DNA of 64,000 nucleotides from Trueperaceae bacterium (GTDB taxonomy: Bacteria; Deinococcota; Deinococci; Deinococcales; Trueperaceae). Shown piece after piece: positions 29,870 through 38,566 of the stretch. The notes under the pieces are model-generated. The model was not told where the DNA came from. It worked only from the letters and a program-made list of their open reading frames with translations, and ran no database searches. The translations under genes and the position numbers were made by a program. The first letter of the stretch is position 1. Each line of letters begins with the position of its first letter. The DNA is taken from positions 1,440,001-1,504,000 of the forward strand of contig OZ243956.1 in assembly GCA_965214405.1 (NCBI GenBank). The letters run 5' to 3'.

Positions 29870-30958
29870 TCACGCGACCACCGTAAGGCTCACAAGCACG
29901 TAGTTGAATTGACCCGACTCGGGCACGAAGAGCAAGAGACGTTCACCCGCCGCCACGGGCTGGGTTTTTAGGTACTCGTCGAGCATGATGTAGACGCTCG
30001 CCGCGCCCGTATTGCCCGCCGTGCGGAGGTTGGTCCAGTAGGGCACGTTTCGTTGGGGCAAAAGCTTGGCAATAATTTCTTTAACCGAAGATTCAAAATA
30101 GTAAGACGACATGTGAGGCAAAACCACCGCGTAGCTGTCAAGCCTCTCCCCGTGGGCGTCAAGCGCACCGCTAAGCGCCCGCTCCGACAGCGGGGCCATG
30201 TACTTTGACAAAATGGTGACGTCCTGGCACAACACGAGCGGCGACGCGCTTGGCAGGGACATACAGAGGGGCGCTTCGTTGGCGAACGAACGCGAATAGG
30301 TCCAGTCGACCCTTAGCGAAAGCCCCTGCGGGTTTGGTTGCGGCTCGAGCAGAAACGCGCCCGCGCCGTCCGAGAGCATGAAACGCAAGAACGTTGACAT
30401 AAACCACTTGGACGTTCGCACGTTCTTAAAGATGGCGGGAAGGTCGTAGGTGGGCCGGAACGCTTTTGACCTCAGCCCCAGCGAAGGCTGCTCCACCCCC
30501 ACGCACAGGGCCGCCCTGGCGTCTCCCGATTTGACAGCGCGGCTGGCGTTCACCAGGGCCTGCGCGCCCGAAGAGCAGATGCCCGACTGGGAGGTAATTT
30601 CCAAGGGATGCGTCACCAAATCCCGTTGGCTCAGTTCGTCGTGCAAGAGCGACGTGAGTCCCGGCGCTAAAAGCGGCGCGTGGGTAGACCCAGCCGACAG
30701 ATAATCTATAGCAGACGTGTCTAGCGTGTGAGGTAAACAGGCTTGAACCGCCTCAGCCGCGAGTTCGTAAACGGAATGCGTCGCCTGTTGGTTTGTATCG
30801 AGGGCGTAGTGCCTCGTATGGATGCCGTTAACCGCGAGGATTTTCTGCTTGACCCGCGCTTCGCCAAGGGTCTTGCCCAGATACTTGGCGATGTTCTCGT
30901 TGTCAACAGGCTCACCGGGTAAATATGCGCCTGTGCGCGTGATGTAACAGTCGCTCAC
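29870..30958 (-). CDS. StlD/DarB-type beta-ketoacyl synthase III-like condensing enzyme
   Basis: GICSSG (Cys), LPHMSS (His), GNTGAAS (Asn), FMLSDGAGA, VPESGQF; likely GTG start at 30958. Confidence 0.85.
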   Translation of the reverse strand: MSDCYITRTGAYLPGEPVDNENIAKYLGKTLGEARVKQKILAVNGIHTRHYALDTNQQATHSVYELAAEAVQACLPHTLDTSAIDYLSAGSTHAPLLAPGLTSLLHDELSQRDLVTHPLEITSQSGICSSGAQALVNASRAVKSGDARAALCVGVEQPSLGLRSKAFRPTYDLPAIFKNVRTSKWFMSTFLRFMLSDGAGAFLLEPQPNPQGLSLRVDWTYSRSFANEAPLCMSLPSASPLVLCQDVTILSKYMAPLSERALSGALDAHGERLDSYAVVLPHMSSYYFESSVKEIIAKLLPQRNVPYWTNLRTAGNTGAASVYIMLDEYLKTQPVAAGERLLLFVPESGQFNYVLVSLTVVA

Positions 30959-30965
30959 CCTCAGC

Positions 30966-31871
30966 CTACGCTTCTGAGTTCTTTCGCAAGAGTTCGTAGG
31001 CAAACTCGTCAAAGGCGATATGGTGATACAAGTAGCCGTTGGGGTCGGATAAAAAGGGGCTGTTGTTGTAGTGGCTGCGGTTGGAGCTTGATTGTAAGTA
31101 AAAGTCGAGGTCGATCATCGCCTGCGGGTCCTCGGCGCAGATGTTTTTTAGGCACCAGAGCAGCAAGGAATCGGAATCAAAGGAATTGAGCGCGCGCACC
31201 ATCGTGCGAAGGTCGCCGAACAGCGTGATGGTGAAGACGATAAAGATGACGACGTTGGTGGGGCCAAAGATTTGTAGGGAGTGCTTGCGGTTTTGCTCGA
31301 GTACCCTATTGCCAAACTGCTCGATGTCCTCGGGTCGGCCCTTGCGGTAGAACTCGAGCCGCTCCAAAAAAGCCGCCTTGTCAAAACGCTCCATCACCTC
31401 GTAGGAGAGGTCGTCATGGCAGAGAGTGAGGCCGTGCGCGACCACGTCCTGAACCGAGTTGACGCTAAAGTCCCCGTCGATACCTTTAAGCTTTTCGCTC
31501 CCGCCGCCCTGCCGCTCCGGGGTCCCCGACAAGATGTAGCGGTAGAGCAGCGGCTCGATCTGTACGTGGCGGATAAGCAGCGCGAGCGCGTCATGCGCCG
31601 CGAAATGCTTGATGCCAAACGCGATGACCCGGTCGATGAGCCCTTTTTCAAACCCCCACGCCCGGCGGTGAAACACGAACTTGAAGGGCACCACGGCGAG
31701 ACGAAGAAAGAAGTACAAGAAGGTGAGAACGGGCCGCAGAAAGATATAGTCCAGACGCGTCTTTTCGTCTATAAAGACGTCGTTAACGTAGTCGGTGAGG
31801 TAAGGAAAGCGCTGCATCGGGTTGGGTACCTGCACGTTTTTAGGAGGCTCGAGCCCAAAAGTATTCCGCAT
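30966..31871 (-). CDS. Hypothetical protein, DUF6999-like
   Basis: FLRPV, GIKHF...LIRH and HD motifs recalled from proteins encoded beside DarB-type synthases; not database-checked. Confidence 0.5.
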   Translation of the reverse strand: MRNTFGLEPPKNVQVPNPMQRFPYLTDYVNDVFIDEKTRLDYIFLRPVLTFLYFFLRLAVVPFKFVFHRRAWGFEKGLIDRVIAFGIKHFAAHDALALLIRHVQIEPLLYRYILSGTPERQGGGSEKLKGIDGDFSVNSVQDVVAHGLTLCHDDLSYEVMERFDKAAFLERLEFYRKGRPEDIEQFGNRVLEQNRKHSLQIFGPTNVVIFIVFTITLFGDLRTMVRALNSFDSDSLLLWCLKNICAEDPQAMIDLDFYLQSSSNRSHYNNSPFLSDPNGYLYHHIAFDEFAYELLRKNSEA

Positions 31872-31961
31872 TTCAAATGTATCACGGCGGCGAGGATGAA
31901 CCTATGGCGTCGGTTACTTCGGAATGAAAGAGGCATGGTGTTCACAAGGCCGCCCAGAGCT

Positions 31962-32951
31962 TTACCGCCAAGGCAGACGGCTACGCGTCTCCCAATAAAC
32001 CTCTGCTGTTTCCCGCAGAGGCTCGAGACTCCTCTCCGCCTCCTCGTCCCACACAACCTCCGCCGCTGTAACATTCGAGCGTACGTGCGCCTCGGTCGCC
32101 GCGCCGCTCAGCACCACGTCGGCCCAGGGTTGGGCGAGCACAAAAGCGAGCGCGAGGGCGTCCACGGTGGTGTTGAGCCGTTTGGCTTGCGCCTTGAGGC
32201 GCTCGAGCCCGTCTGCAAATTCAGGCGCGTCGTTACGTGTGGTCAACCGTCCGTTGGCGAGGGCTTCTTTAATAATGACGCCTAAGCCAGCGCCATGCGC
32301 TTCAGCTAACGCGTCGCCTGCGGAACGCTCGAGCAGATTAAAGGTTGCCTGGACCGCGTCAAAAAGCCGTACTCCGTTCTTTGTGACAGTAAGCGCCTTG
32401 TACAAAGTCTCCGCCTGCCGGGGGCCGCTCAGGGACAAGCCGATGCGGACGCCCTCGGTTTTGAGGCGCTCGAGTTCGTTGAGAACGTTTGTATTTTCAA
32501 GCACGCCTGTCTCGAGGGTGGCTGAGTGGATTTGGTAAAGCTTGAGGTGCGCGCCCAACTGTTCCCGACTCTGTGCCCACTGCCGCGTGAGGACCTCGAG
32601 CGAGTGCTCCTTGACCTCGTGCGTGTCGGCCTCGACTTGCCAGTCGGCGGTGTAGGTGTAGCCCCACTTCGAGCCGACGGTAAAAGGTTCTGTCAACTCA
32701 CGCCCGCGCAACCAGCTTCCCAGAAATGCTTCCGCCAGACCGTACGAGCGCGCCGCGTCGAAGTAGCGCACGCCCGCCGCCCAGGCGGCGTCCAGAATGC
32801 GGTGCGTCTGCCTCTCCATCGCCTCAACGTCGTACTGCGCCAAATCCTCGTCGTGCCCTAAGTTGATGTAACCGGGCCGCCCGAGCGCGGCGAGGCCCAA
32901 ACCGATGGGGGATACGGGAAGGTTGGTTGAGCCCAACGTGCGCCTCTGCAT
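31962..32951 (-). CDS. Aldo/keto reductase
   Basis: GVRYFDAARSYG, GSKWG, YQIHS, QATFNLLE. Confidence 0.92.
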   Translation of the reverse strand: MQRRTLGSTNLPVSPIGLGLAALGRPGYINLGHDEDLAQYDVEAMERQTHRILDAAWAAGVRYFDAARSYGLAEAFLGSWLRGRELTEPFTVGSKWGYTYTADWQVEADTHEVKEHSLEVLTRQWAQSREQLGAHLKLYQIHSATLETGVLENTNVLNELERLKTEGVRIGLSLSGPRQAETLYKALTVTKNGVRLFDAVQATFNLLERSAGDALAEAHGAGLGVIIKEALANGRLTTRNDAPEFADGLERLKAQAKRLNTTVDALALAFVLAQPWADVVLSGAATEAHVRSNVTAAEVVWDEEAERSLEPLRETAEVYWETRSRLPWR

Positions 32952-33026
32952 CCCCCACAGTACCTCTTGACGGCCCAATGTGCTGGGGCGTCATGTGATA
33001 AACGCGCGTGGAGCCTATCGTAGAGC

Positions 33027-34847
33027 ATGGCTTATTCCGATTTGCAGTCTTTTATTACCCAGTTAGAGCGTCGCGGCGAACTCTTGCGCGTAAGGGAACC
33101 CGTCTCGCACGCGCTGGAAATCACCGAAATCGCCGACCGCATGGTTAAAAGGGGCGGCCCGGCGCTCCTATTTGAGAACGTCCCTAGTAAAGACTTTCCG
33201 CTCGTCATCGGGCTTTACGGCACCCGCAAGCGGATGGCGCTGGCGCTCGGCGTCGAGGATTTGGACGATACTGGCGACCGCATCCGCGACCTTTTAGACG
33301 TCAAACTCGGCGGCGGGCTCTTGGGATTGGCCTCAAACCTGCCCAAACTCAAGGAACTCGCGGCGCTGCCCCCCAAACGCGTCCGCGGCGGCCCCGTCCA
33401 GGAAGTTGTCTGGCGCGGCGACGAAGTGGATTTGGGCCGCTTGCCCGTCCTAACGTGCTGGCCTGGCGACGGCGGTCCCTTTGTCACGCTGCCGCTGGTC
33501 ATCTCGAAACATCCCGAAACAGGTGAGGTCAATATCGGCATGTACCGGATGCAGGTCTATGACCGCAACACCACCGGGATGCACTGGCAGCGGCACAAGA
33601 CGGGGGCGCGACATTTGGAAGCGGCGAAAAGGTTGGGCCGAAGGCTCGAGGTGGCCGTCGCTTTAGGCGGCGACCCCGCCCTCACCTACGCCGCGACCGC
33701 GCCCTTGCCGCCCGTGCCCGGCATCAACGAGTTTTCGCTCACAGGTTTTTTACGGGGCAAATCTTTGGAACTCTGCAAAGGCGTCACGGTGGATTTAGAG
33801 GTGCCCGCGCAGGCGGAGTTTGTTTTGGAGGGCTACATCGACCCCGAAGAGCCCTGGCGCACCGAGGGACCCTTTGGCGACCACACCGGCTTTTACACAC
33901 TTCAAGACCTCTACCCCGTGTTTCACGTGACCGCCATCACCATGCGGCGCGACCCCGTCTACCCCGCGACCATCGTGGGCCGCCCGCCGATGGAAGACGC
34001 TTACCTCATCGAAGCTTCTGAACGCATTTTCCTCATCCCCGCTCAACTCATCCTGCCCGAGCTCGTGGACTACCACCTGCCGCCCGCGGGCATCGCGCAC
34101 AACCTCGTCAACATCGTCATCAAAAAAGAGTATCCGGGACAGGCTTACAAAGTCGCCAACGGGCTTTTGGGTTTGGGCCAAATGATGTTCGCCAAGGTTT
34201 TGCTCGTGACCGACGAAAGGGTAAAGCCGCAAGACCATCTCCCCTTCTGGCGCACGGTCTTAAAAAACGCGCTGCCGGGCCGCGACTCGCAGTTTGCCAA
34301 GGGACCTACCGACGTGCTCGATCACTCGAGCCGCGCCTGGAGCTACGGCTCAAAACTCATCATCGACGGCACCGTCAAGCACGAGGAGGAGGGCGTTCAA
34401 GAGCCGTGGCAGCCCAACCCGGAGCGGACGCAAGCCGAGCTGCCCCAGCACCCGGAGGTTGTCAAGCAACACCAAATCGCGGGCGGGTTTTGGTTTTTGA
34501 CCACCGAAAAAACGCGGGCAGGGCAGGGGCTCGAGCTTTGTGAATGGGCGCTCACCCAACCCCAGGCCGAGGGCGTGCGCCTCATCGCCGCGCTGGACCA
34601 TGAGACCGACCCCGCGGATTTCGAGGACTGCATCTGGACGCTTCTTAACAACATCGACCCCGAGCGCGACGTGAGGATTCAAGACGGCCCGAGCGGTCCT
34701 GTATTTCTGATGGACGGCACGCCCAAGCTGCGTGAGGAAGGTTTTACGCGCGACTGGCCCGAGAAAATCACCATGACGGACCCCGTCAAGCGCAAGGTGG
34801 ACGCGCTGATGCCCAAGATAGAGCGGGAGGTGGTGGGCTCGAGCTAA
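33027..34847 (+). CDS. mqnL: UbiD-family menaquinone biosynthesis decarboxylase (futalosine pathway type)
   Basis: GGPALLFEN, NIGMYRMQ, EGPFGDHTGFY, VGRPPMED, DVLDH. Confidence 0.8.
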   Translation: MAYSDLQSFITQLERRGELLRVREPVSHALEITEIADRMVKRGGPALLFENVPSKDFPLVIGLYGTRKRMALALGVEDLDDTGDRIRDLLDVKLGGGLLGLASNLPKLKELAALPPKRVRGGPVQEVVWRGDEVDLGRLPVLTCWPGDGGPFVTLPLVISKHPETGEVNIGMYRMQVYDRNTTGMHWQRHKTGARHLEAAKRLGRRLEVAVALGGDPALTYAATAPLPPVPGINEFSLTGFLRGKSLELCKGVTVDLEVPAQAEFVLEGYIDPEEPWRTEGPFGDHTGFYTLQDLYPVFHVTAITMRRDPVYPATIVGRPPMEDAYLIEASERIFLIPAQLILPELVDYHLPPAGIAHNLVNIVIKKEYPGQAYKVANGLLGLGQMMFAKVLLVTDERVKPQDHLPFWRTVLKNALPGRDSQFAKGPTDVLDHSSRAWSYGSKLIIDGTVKHEEEGVQEPWQPNPERTQAELPQHPEVVKQHQIAGGFWFLTTEKTRAGQGLELCEWALTQPQAEGVRLIAALDHETDPADFEDCIWTLLNNIDPERDVRIQDGPSGPVFLMDGTPKLREEGFTRDWPEKITMTDPVKRKVDALMPKIEREVVGSS

Positions 34848-34848
34848 G

Positions 34849-35169
34849 CTATTCCTCTTCCGCCACGGGCAACCCGTCAATTTGGTCCAACACCTGCTCG
34901 ACCTCCTCGAACGTCTCCAAAATTCGCGGCCTTAGCAGCGCGCCCGAGTCCACGCCCTTGGTGGCTTTTTCGTTCGAGCAAATCTCGTAATCTTCGGGGC
35001 TGTCGCCAAAAAATAAGACGGGCTCGAGCAGCAAGCCTTCCCCGGTCTCCGCGCCCGGCGGCTGCTGGTAGATAACCGCGCCGTAGCCGTTGTCGCAGCG
35101 GTAGATGCGTTCGATGGGTCCGACGGTGCCGGTGCCGATGCTGCGTTCTTCAACCAAGTGATACGCCAT
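34849..35169 (-). CDS. Hypothetical protein
   Basis: 106-aa ORF with TATAAT 6 nt upstream of its ATG. Confidence 0.65.
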   Translation of the reverse strand: MAYHLVEERSIGTGTVGPIERIYRCDNGYGAVIYQQPPGAETGEGLLLEPVLFFGDSPEDYEICSNEKATKGVDSGALLRPRILETFEEVEQVLDQIDGLPVAEEE

Positions 35170-35230
35170 GCAAAGATTATAGTATGAGATTCGTTCGCAT
35201 TGTTCGTTTATGTTGGACCCTCGAGCACAC

Positions 35231-35863
35231 TCACCCCTTCGGCTGGAAGGTGAACACGCCGCCGCAGCTCGAGACCTGTTCGAAACGTCCCAAAAAGCCC
35301 GCCTCGCACGCTGCTAAGGCCTCGTCCGCTACCCAGTAGTATTCCGCGTCGTCCCAAACGTCACGCCACCGTGCGTGCGCCGCCTTGAAAATCTCTTCAT
35401 CCGGGAAAGCGATATCGGCAACCACTACCCTTCCATCACGTTTGAGATGTTGGGCGCAGCGGGTCAGGATGGACAGCTTCGCGTCTATGTCAAACTCGTG
35501 CAGCACATAAGACGAAACAATACGGTCAAATTGAGGAAGCGTGGGCCAGTCGCCTAGCAGGTCGGCCTGAAGAAAGGTCGCATTGGGGACATTTTCTCTG
35601 GCCTTGGCGAGCATCTGCAAGGAGAAGTCGAGGCCCCAGACCTCCGCCCCTAGCGCGGCAAAGTGGGCTGCTAAATTGCCCGTTCCCGTACCCAAATCGA
35701 GCACGTGCATAGGAGGTTCGGACAGGGCGGACTGAGGTGAAGCGCGCTGCACGACCCGCCTGAGCACCGCTTCATACCCCGCGAACGGAAACCCCTCTTC
35801 AGACGTGACGCCCGCGTTATAGTCCGCGGCCCAGGCGTCGAAAAGCTCAAGTCGGTCTTTCAT
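35231..35863 (-). CDS. Class I SAM-dependent methyltransferase
   Basis: VLDLGTGTG, GLDFS, FDRIVSSYVLH. Confidence 0.92.
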   Translation of the reverse strand: MKDRLELFDAWAADYNAGVTSEEGFPFAGYEAVLRRVVQRASPQSALSEPPMHVLDLGTGTGNLAAHFAALGAEVWGLDFSLQMLAKARENVPNATFLQADLLGDWPTLPQFDRIVSSYVLHEFDIDAKLSILTRCAQHLKRDGRVVVADIAFPDEEIFKAAHARWRDVWDDAEYYWVADEALAACEAGFLGRFEQVSSCGGVFTFQPKG

Positions 35864-36246
35864 GCGCGCTCGAGGTCTGTGCGCGTAAAGTCGTCGCCGA
35901 TATAGAGGAGCGGCTTTCGGGCTACCTTAGCGGCAGCATAACTCAGGCAGTCACCGAAGTTGAGTTTGGCGGGATGTCTGCCCTTGCCAAAACGGACAAA
36001 GGCGCGAACCGCTTCCCGCCAGTGAGCATCGGAAAACGCCACGACGCTCACTGTGTGGATGTTCAGAAAGTCCGCTAGGATAGTTTCTGCATTTGTCTTT
36101 AACCGCGAAGTCAAAACGAGTCCCGCTTCCGTCAACGTCGGCGCGCCCACACCCTTGACATCTGCTTTGTAAAGCTTGCGAAGCAAAACGTCAGCGTCAT
36201 CCTCCCCGAGAAGCACGGCAACGATAGCGGAGGTATCGAGAATCAT
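35860..36246 (-). CDS. vapC: VapC PIN-domain toxin
   Basis: MILDTSAIVA, GKGRHPAKLNFGDCLSYA, GDDF. Confidence 0.95.
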   Translation of the reverse strand: MILDTSAIVAVLLGEDDADVLLRKLYKADVKGVGAPTLTEAGLVLTSRLKTNAETILADFLNIHTVSVVAFSDAHWREAVRAFVRFGKGRHPAKLNFGDCLSYAAAKVARKPLLYIGDDFTRTDLERA

Positions 36247-36519
36247 TCAAAAACCCTCGGGGCCGTAACCTAATATTTCGTCCTGCTCCTCCTGGGATAT
36301 GCCCTTACCACGCACTGAGTCGGGAATTTTGGACCATATCCTCTCTTCCATAAGCGCCATCAACGCTTCAAAGCTCCGTTCATCACCCTCTTGCAACTTG
36401 AGCCGCTCCTTGCGTTCCTCCAACGCCTTACGGATGGCTTGCGTCTTATTTTCTCCGGTCATCTTGCTAAGCTCAGCGGCCAACTTTTCGACTTCTGGGT
36501 TTTTAATGTTGAGAGCCAT
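36247..36519 (-). CDS. vapB: VapB antitoxin (Rv0623-like)
   Basis: MALNIKNPEVEKLAAEL...KTQAIRKALEER...EILGY directly upstream of vapC. Confidence 0.9.
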   Translation of the reverse strand: MALNIKNPEVEKLAAELSKMTGENKTQAIRKALEERKERLKLQEGDERSFEALMALMEERIWSKIPDSVRGKGISQEEQDEILGYGPEGF

Positions 36520-36695
36520 AAATGAATCATGACAGGTATGGTGTAAAACGTCAAATGTGGTGTAACAGTTCGTGTCCCCTTTTTTAAACCTTTCTCGAGC
36601 ACTTTTAAGGCGGTTGGTTAGATGCTTCTCTGACCCTTTTTCTACACCCGTCAATTCTTTTTTGGCGTGACCTCGAACTTTTTTAGAAGCGCGTT

Positions 36696-36710
36696 TGCTA
36701 TAATTCCCTT
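36696..36710 (+). promoter_or_regulatory. Extended -10 promoter positioned for a leaderless transcript
   Basis: TGC-TATAAT (TATAAT at 36699-36704) 6 nt before ATG 36711, no Shine-Dalgarno. Confidence 0.65.
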
Positions 36711-37097
36711 ATGAAGCGCCGAACCTCACAGCGGCGGGCTATCTTGCAGGCTTTGGAAGAGGCGCCCGGACCGCTCACGCCGCAGGAAGTGCTCGAGCAC
36801 GCGGGGCACCCGTTGGGATTGGCGACCGTTTACCGCAACCTAAACGCGCTCCAGGCGCGCGGCGAGGTGGTGGCGGTGCATCTGCCTGACGACAGCACGC
36901 GCTTTGAGCCCGCGGGGCGCGGTCATCATCACCATTTTTGCTGTTCACGCTGCGAGGGCGTGTTTGAACTCGCTGCCACCTGCCCCGTGGCGGGGCTCGA
37001 GGGCGTCACGCTGCCCGGCGGCTTTTTGGTCAAAGACCACGAGTTGACGCTCTACGGCCTCTGCCCGGCCTGCGGAAGCGCGGAAAGCGCCTCCTGA
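36711..37097 (+). CDS. Fur-family transcriptional regulator
   Basis: TSQRRAIL, LATVYRNL, HHHHFCCSRC, YGLCPAC. Confidence 0.93.
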   Translation: MKRRTSQRRAILQALEEAPGPLTPQEVLEHAGHPLGLATVYRNLNALQARGEVVAVHLPDDSTRFEPAGRGHHHHFCCSRCEGVFELAATCPVAGLEGVTLPGGFLVKDHELTLYGLCPACGSAESAS

Positions 37098-37227
37098 CTC
37101 CCACATATCACACACCTGTAAACCTACTGAAGCTTTCTGAAATTAGTGAGATTTTTGTAAGAGCCTCGCGTCATAATGAGAGTGAGAAGAGGATAGCCGC
37201 ACTTCGACCCCTACCCTAGGAGGCAGC

Positions 37228-38346
37228 ATGTTTCACGAATTTCAGGAGCCGCACCCTGTGGAGCCGGACGCGGGGGATTCCGCCCCCCACCGCGCGCTCG
37301 AGCCGGAGGCGAATACCGACCCGCGCGCCATGTCGCTCCTCATTATTGACGACGTCGAGGCGCAAGGCGTGCTCCTCAAGGGCATACTCCAGCGCGCGGG
37401 CTACCGCCACGTTCATTACCTCCGCGAGCCCTTGGAGGTGGCGGCCTACGCGCAGCAAAACCCGCCCGACCTGGTGCTGTTGGATTTGGTGATGCCCCAC
37501 ATGAGCGGGTTTCAGGTGATGGCGGTGCTTCAGGAGCTTTTTCCGGACGGGTATTTGCCTATTTTGATGCTCACATCCGACGACCGCAGGGAGGTTCGGC
37601 AAAAGGCGCTCGAGCTCGGCGCGACCGACTTTTTGCCCAAACCCTTCGACGCCGCCGAGGTGAGCTTGCGCGTGGCAAACCTTCTCAAGACGCGCGGGCT
37701 TTACGCGCAACTTCAGGAGCAAAACCGCACGCTAGAAGCCAAGATTGAAGAGAGGACTAAGCTGCTCGAGACGAGCCACATGGAAATGCTCACGCGCTTA
37801 GCGCGCGCCGCCGAATACCGCGATGAAGAGTCTAAAGAACACATTTGGCGCGTGGCCCGCACCGCCGAACTTATCGCGCGCGAACTCGGGCTGCCTGATG
37901 AACAGGCCGAGGTGCTCCTGCGCGCGGCGCGGCTTCACGACGTGGGCAAAATAGGCGTACCCGAGGGCATTTTGTATAAACCCGGCAAGCTTAGCGCCGC
38001 CGAGTTCGAAGTGGTCAAGGCGCACACCACGGTGGGCGCGCAACTCCTCTCGGGCGGTCAGTCCGCCATTCTCAAAATGGCGGAAACGATCGCGCTCACG
38101 CACCACGAACGCTGGGACGGCTCCGGTTATCCGCAGGGCCTTGAGGGTACGGCCATCCCCACCGAAGGCCGCATCATGGCGGTGGCGGACGCCTACGACG
38201 CCTTGACCCACGACCGCACCCACCGCCGCGCCTGGTCGGTTCAAGAGGCCGTGACCGAAATTAGTTTACAAAGCGGCAAGGCGTTCGACCCGGGGGTGGT
38301 CGAGGCTTTTTTGAGCCTTTACGAGCGCGGCGTATTGGCCTTTTAG
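37228..38346 (+). CDS. Response regulator with HD-GYP phosphodiesterase domain (RpfG-like)
   Basis: Receiver (IIDD, LLDLVMP, KPF); LHDVGKIG; HHERWDGSGYP. Confidence 0.95.
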   Translation: MFHEFQEPHPVEPDAGDSAPHRALEPEANTDPRAMSLLIIDDVEAQGVLLKGILQRAGYRHVHYLREPLEVAAYAQQNPPDLVLLDLVMPHMSGFQVMAVLQELFPDGYLPILMLTSDDRREVRQKALELGATDFLPKPFDAAEVSLRVANLLKTRGLYAQLQEQNRTLEAKIEERTKLLETSHMEMLTRLARAAEYRDEESKEHIWRVARTAELIARELGLPDEQAEVLLRAARLHDVGKIGVPEGILYKPGKLSAAEFEVVKAHTTVGAQLLSGGQSAILKMAETIALTHHERWDGSGYPQGLEGTAIPTEGRIMAVADAYDALTHDRTHRRAWSVQEAVTEISLQSGKAFDPGVVEAFLSLYERGVLAF

Positions 38347-38501
38347 TCCGACCTCGTCTGACCGTCAGCGTCCAAATATGTTTTCAAGGCATATTAAAAC
38401 CTATCTTTGACGCATAGGCTCGAGGCGCTTCTCAAGCCACAACCGTATCGGTTCGGATAAAGAGCTCGTTCTTATGTACTTTTGTAGACCCTCACTCCTA
38501 T

Positions 38502-38527
38502 GGGGGATGGCTGCGCAGCCATCCTCT
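38502..38527. terminator. Hairpin between convergent genes
   Basis: Perfect palindrome GGATGGCTGCGCAGCCATCC at 38505-38524. Confidence 0.55.
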
Positions 38528-38566
38528 TCGGTAGGCGCAAGCAACACCACCTTCACATCGCCGCCT

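Noticed and set aside
31281..32285. 334-aa plus-strand ORF and many other long overlapping ORFs in the track
   Set aside because: Antisense or off-frame shadows of well-supported genes, expected at high GC, with no family motifs
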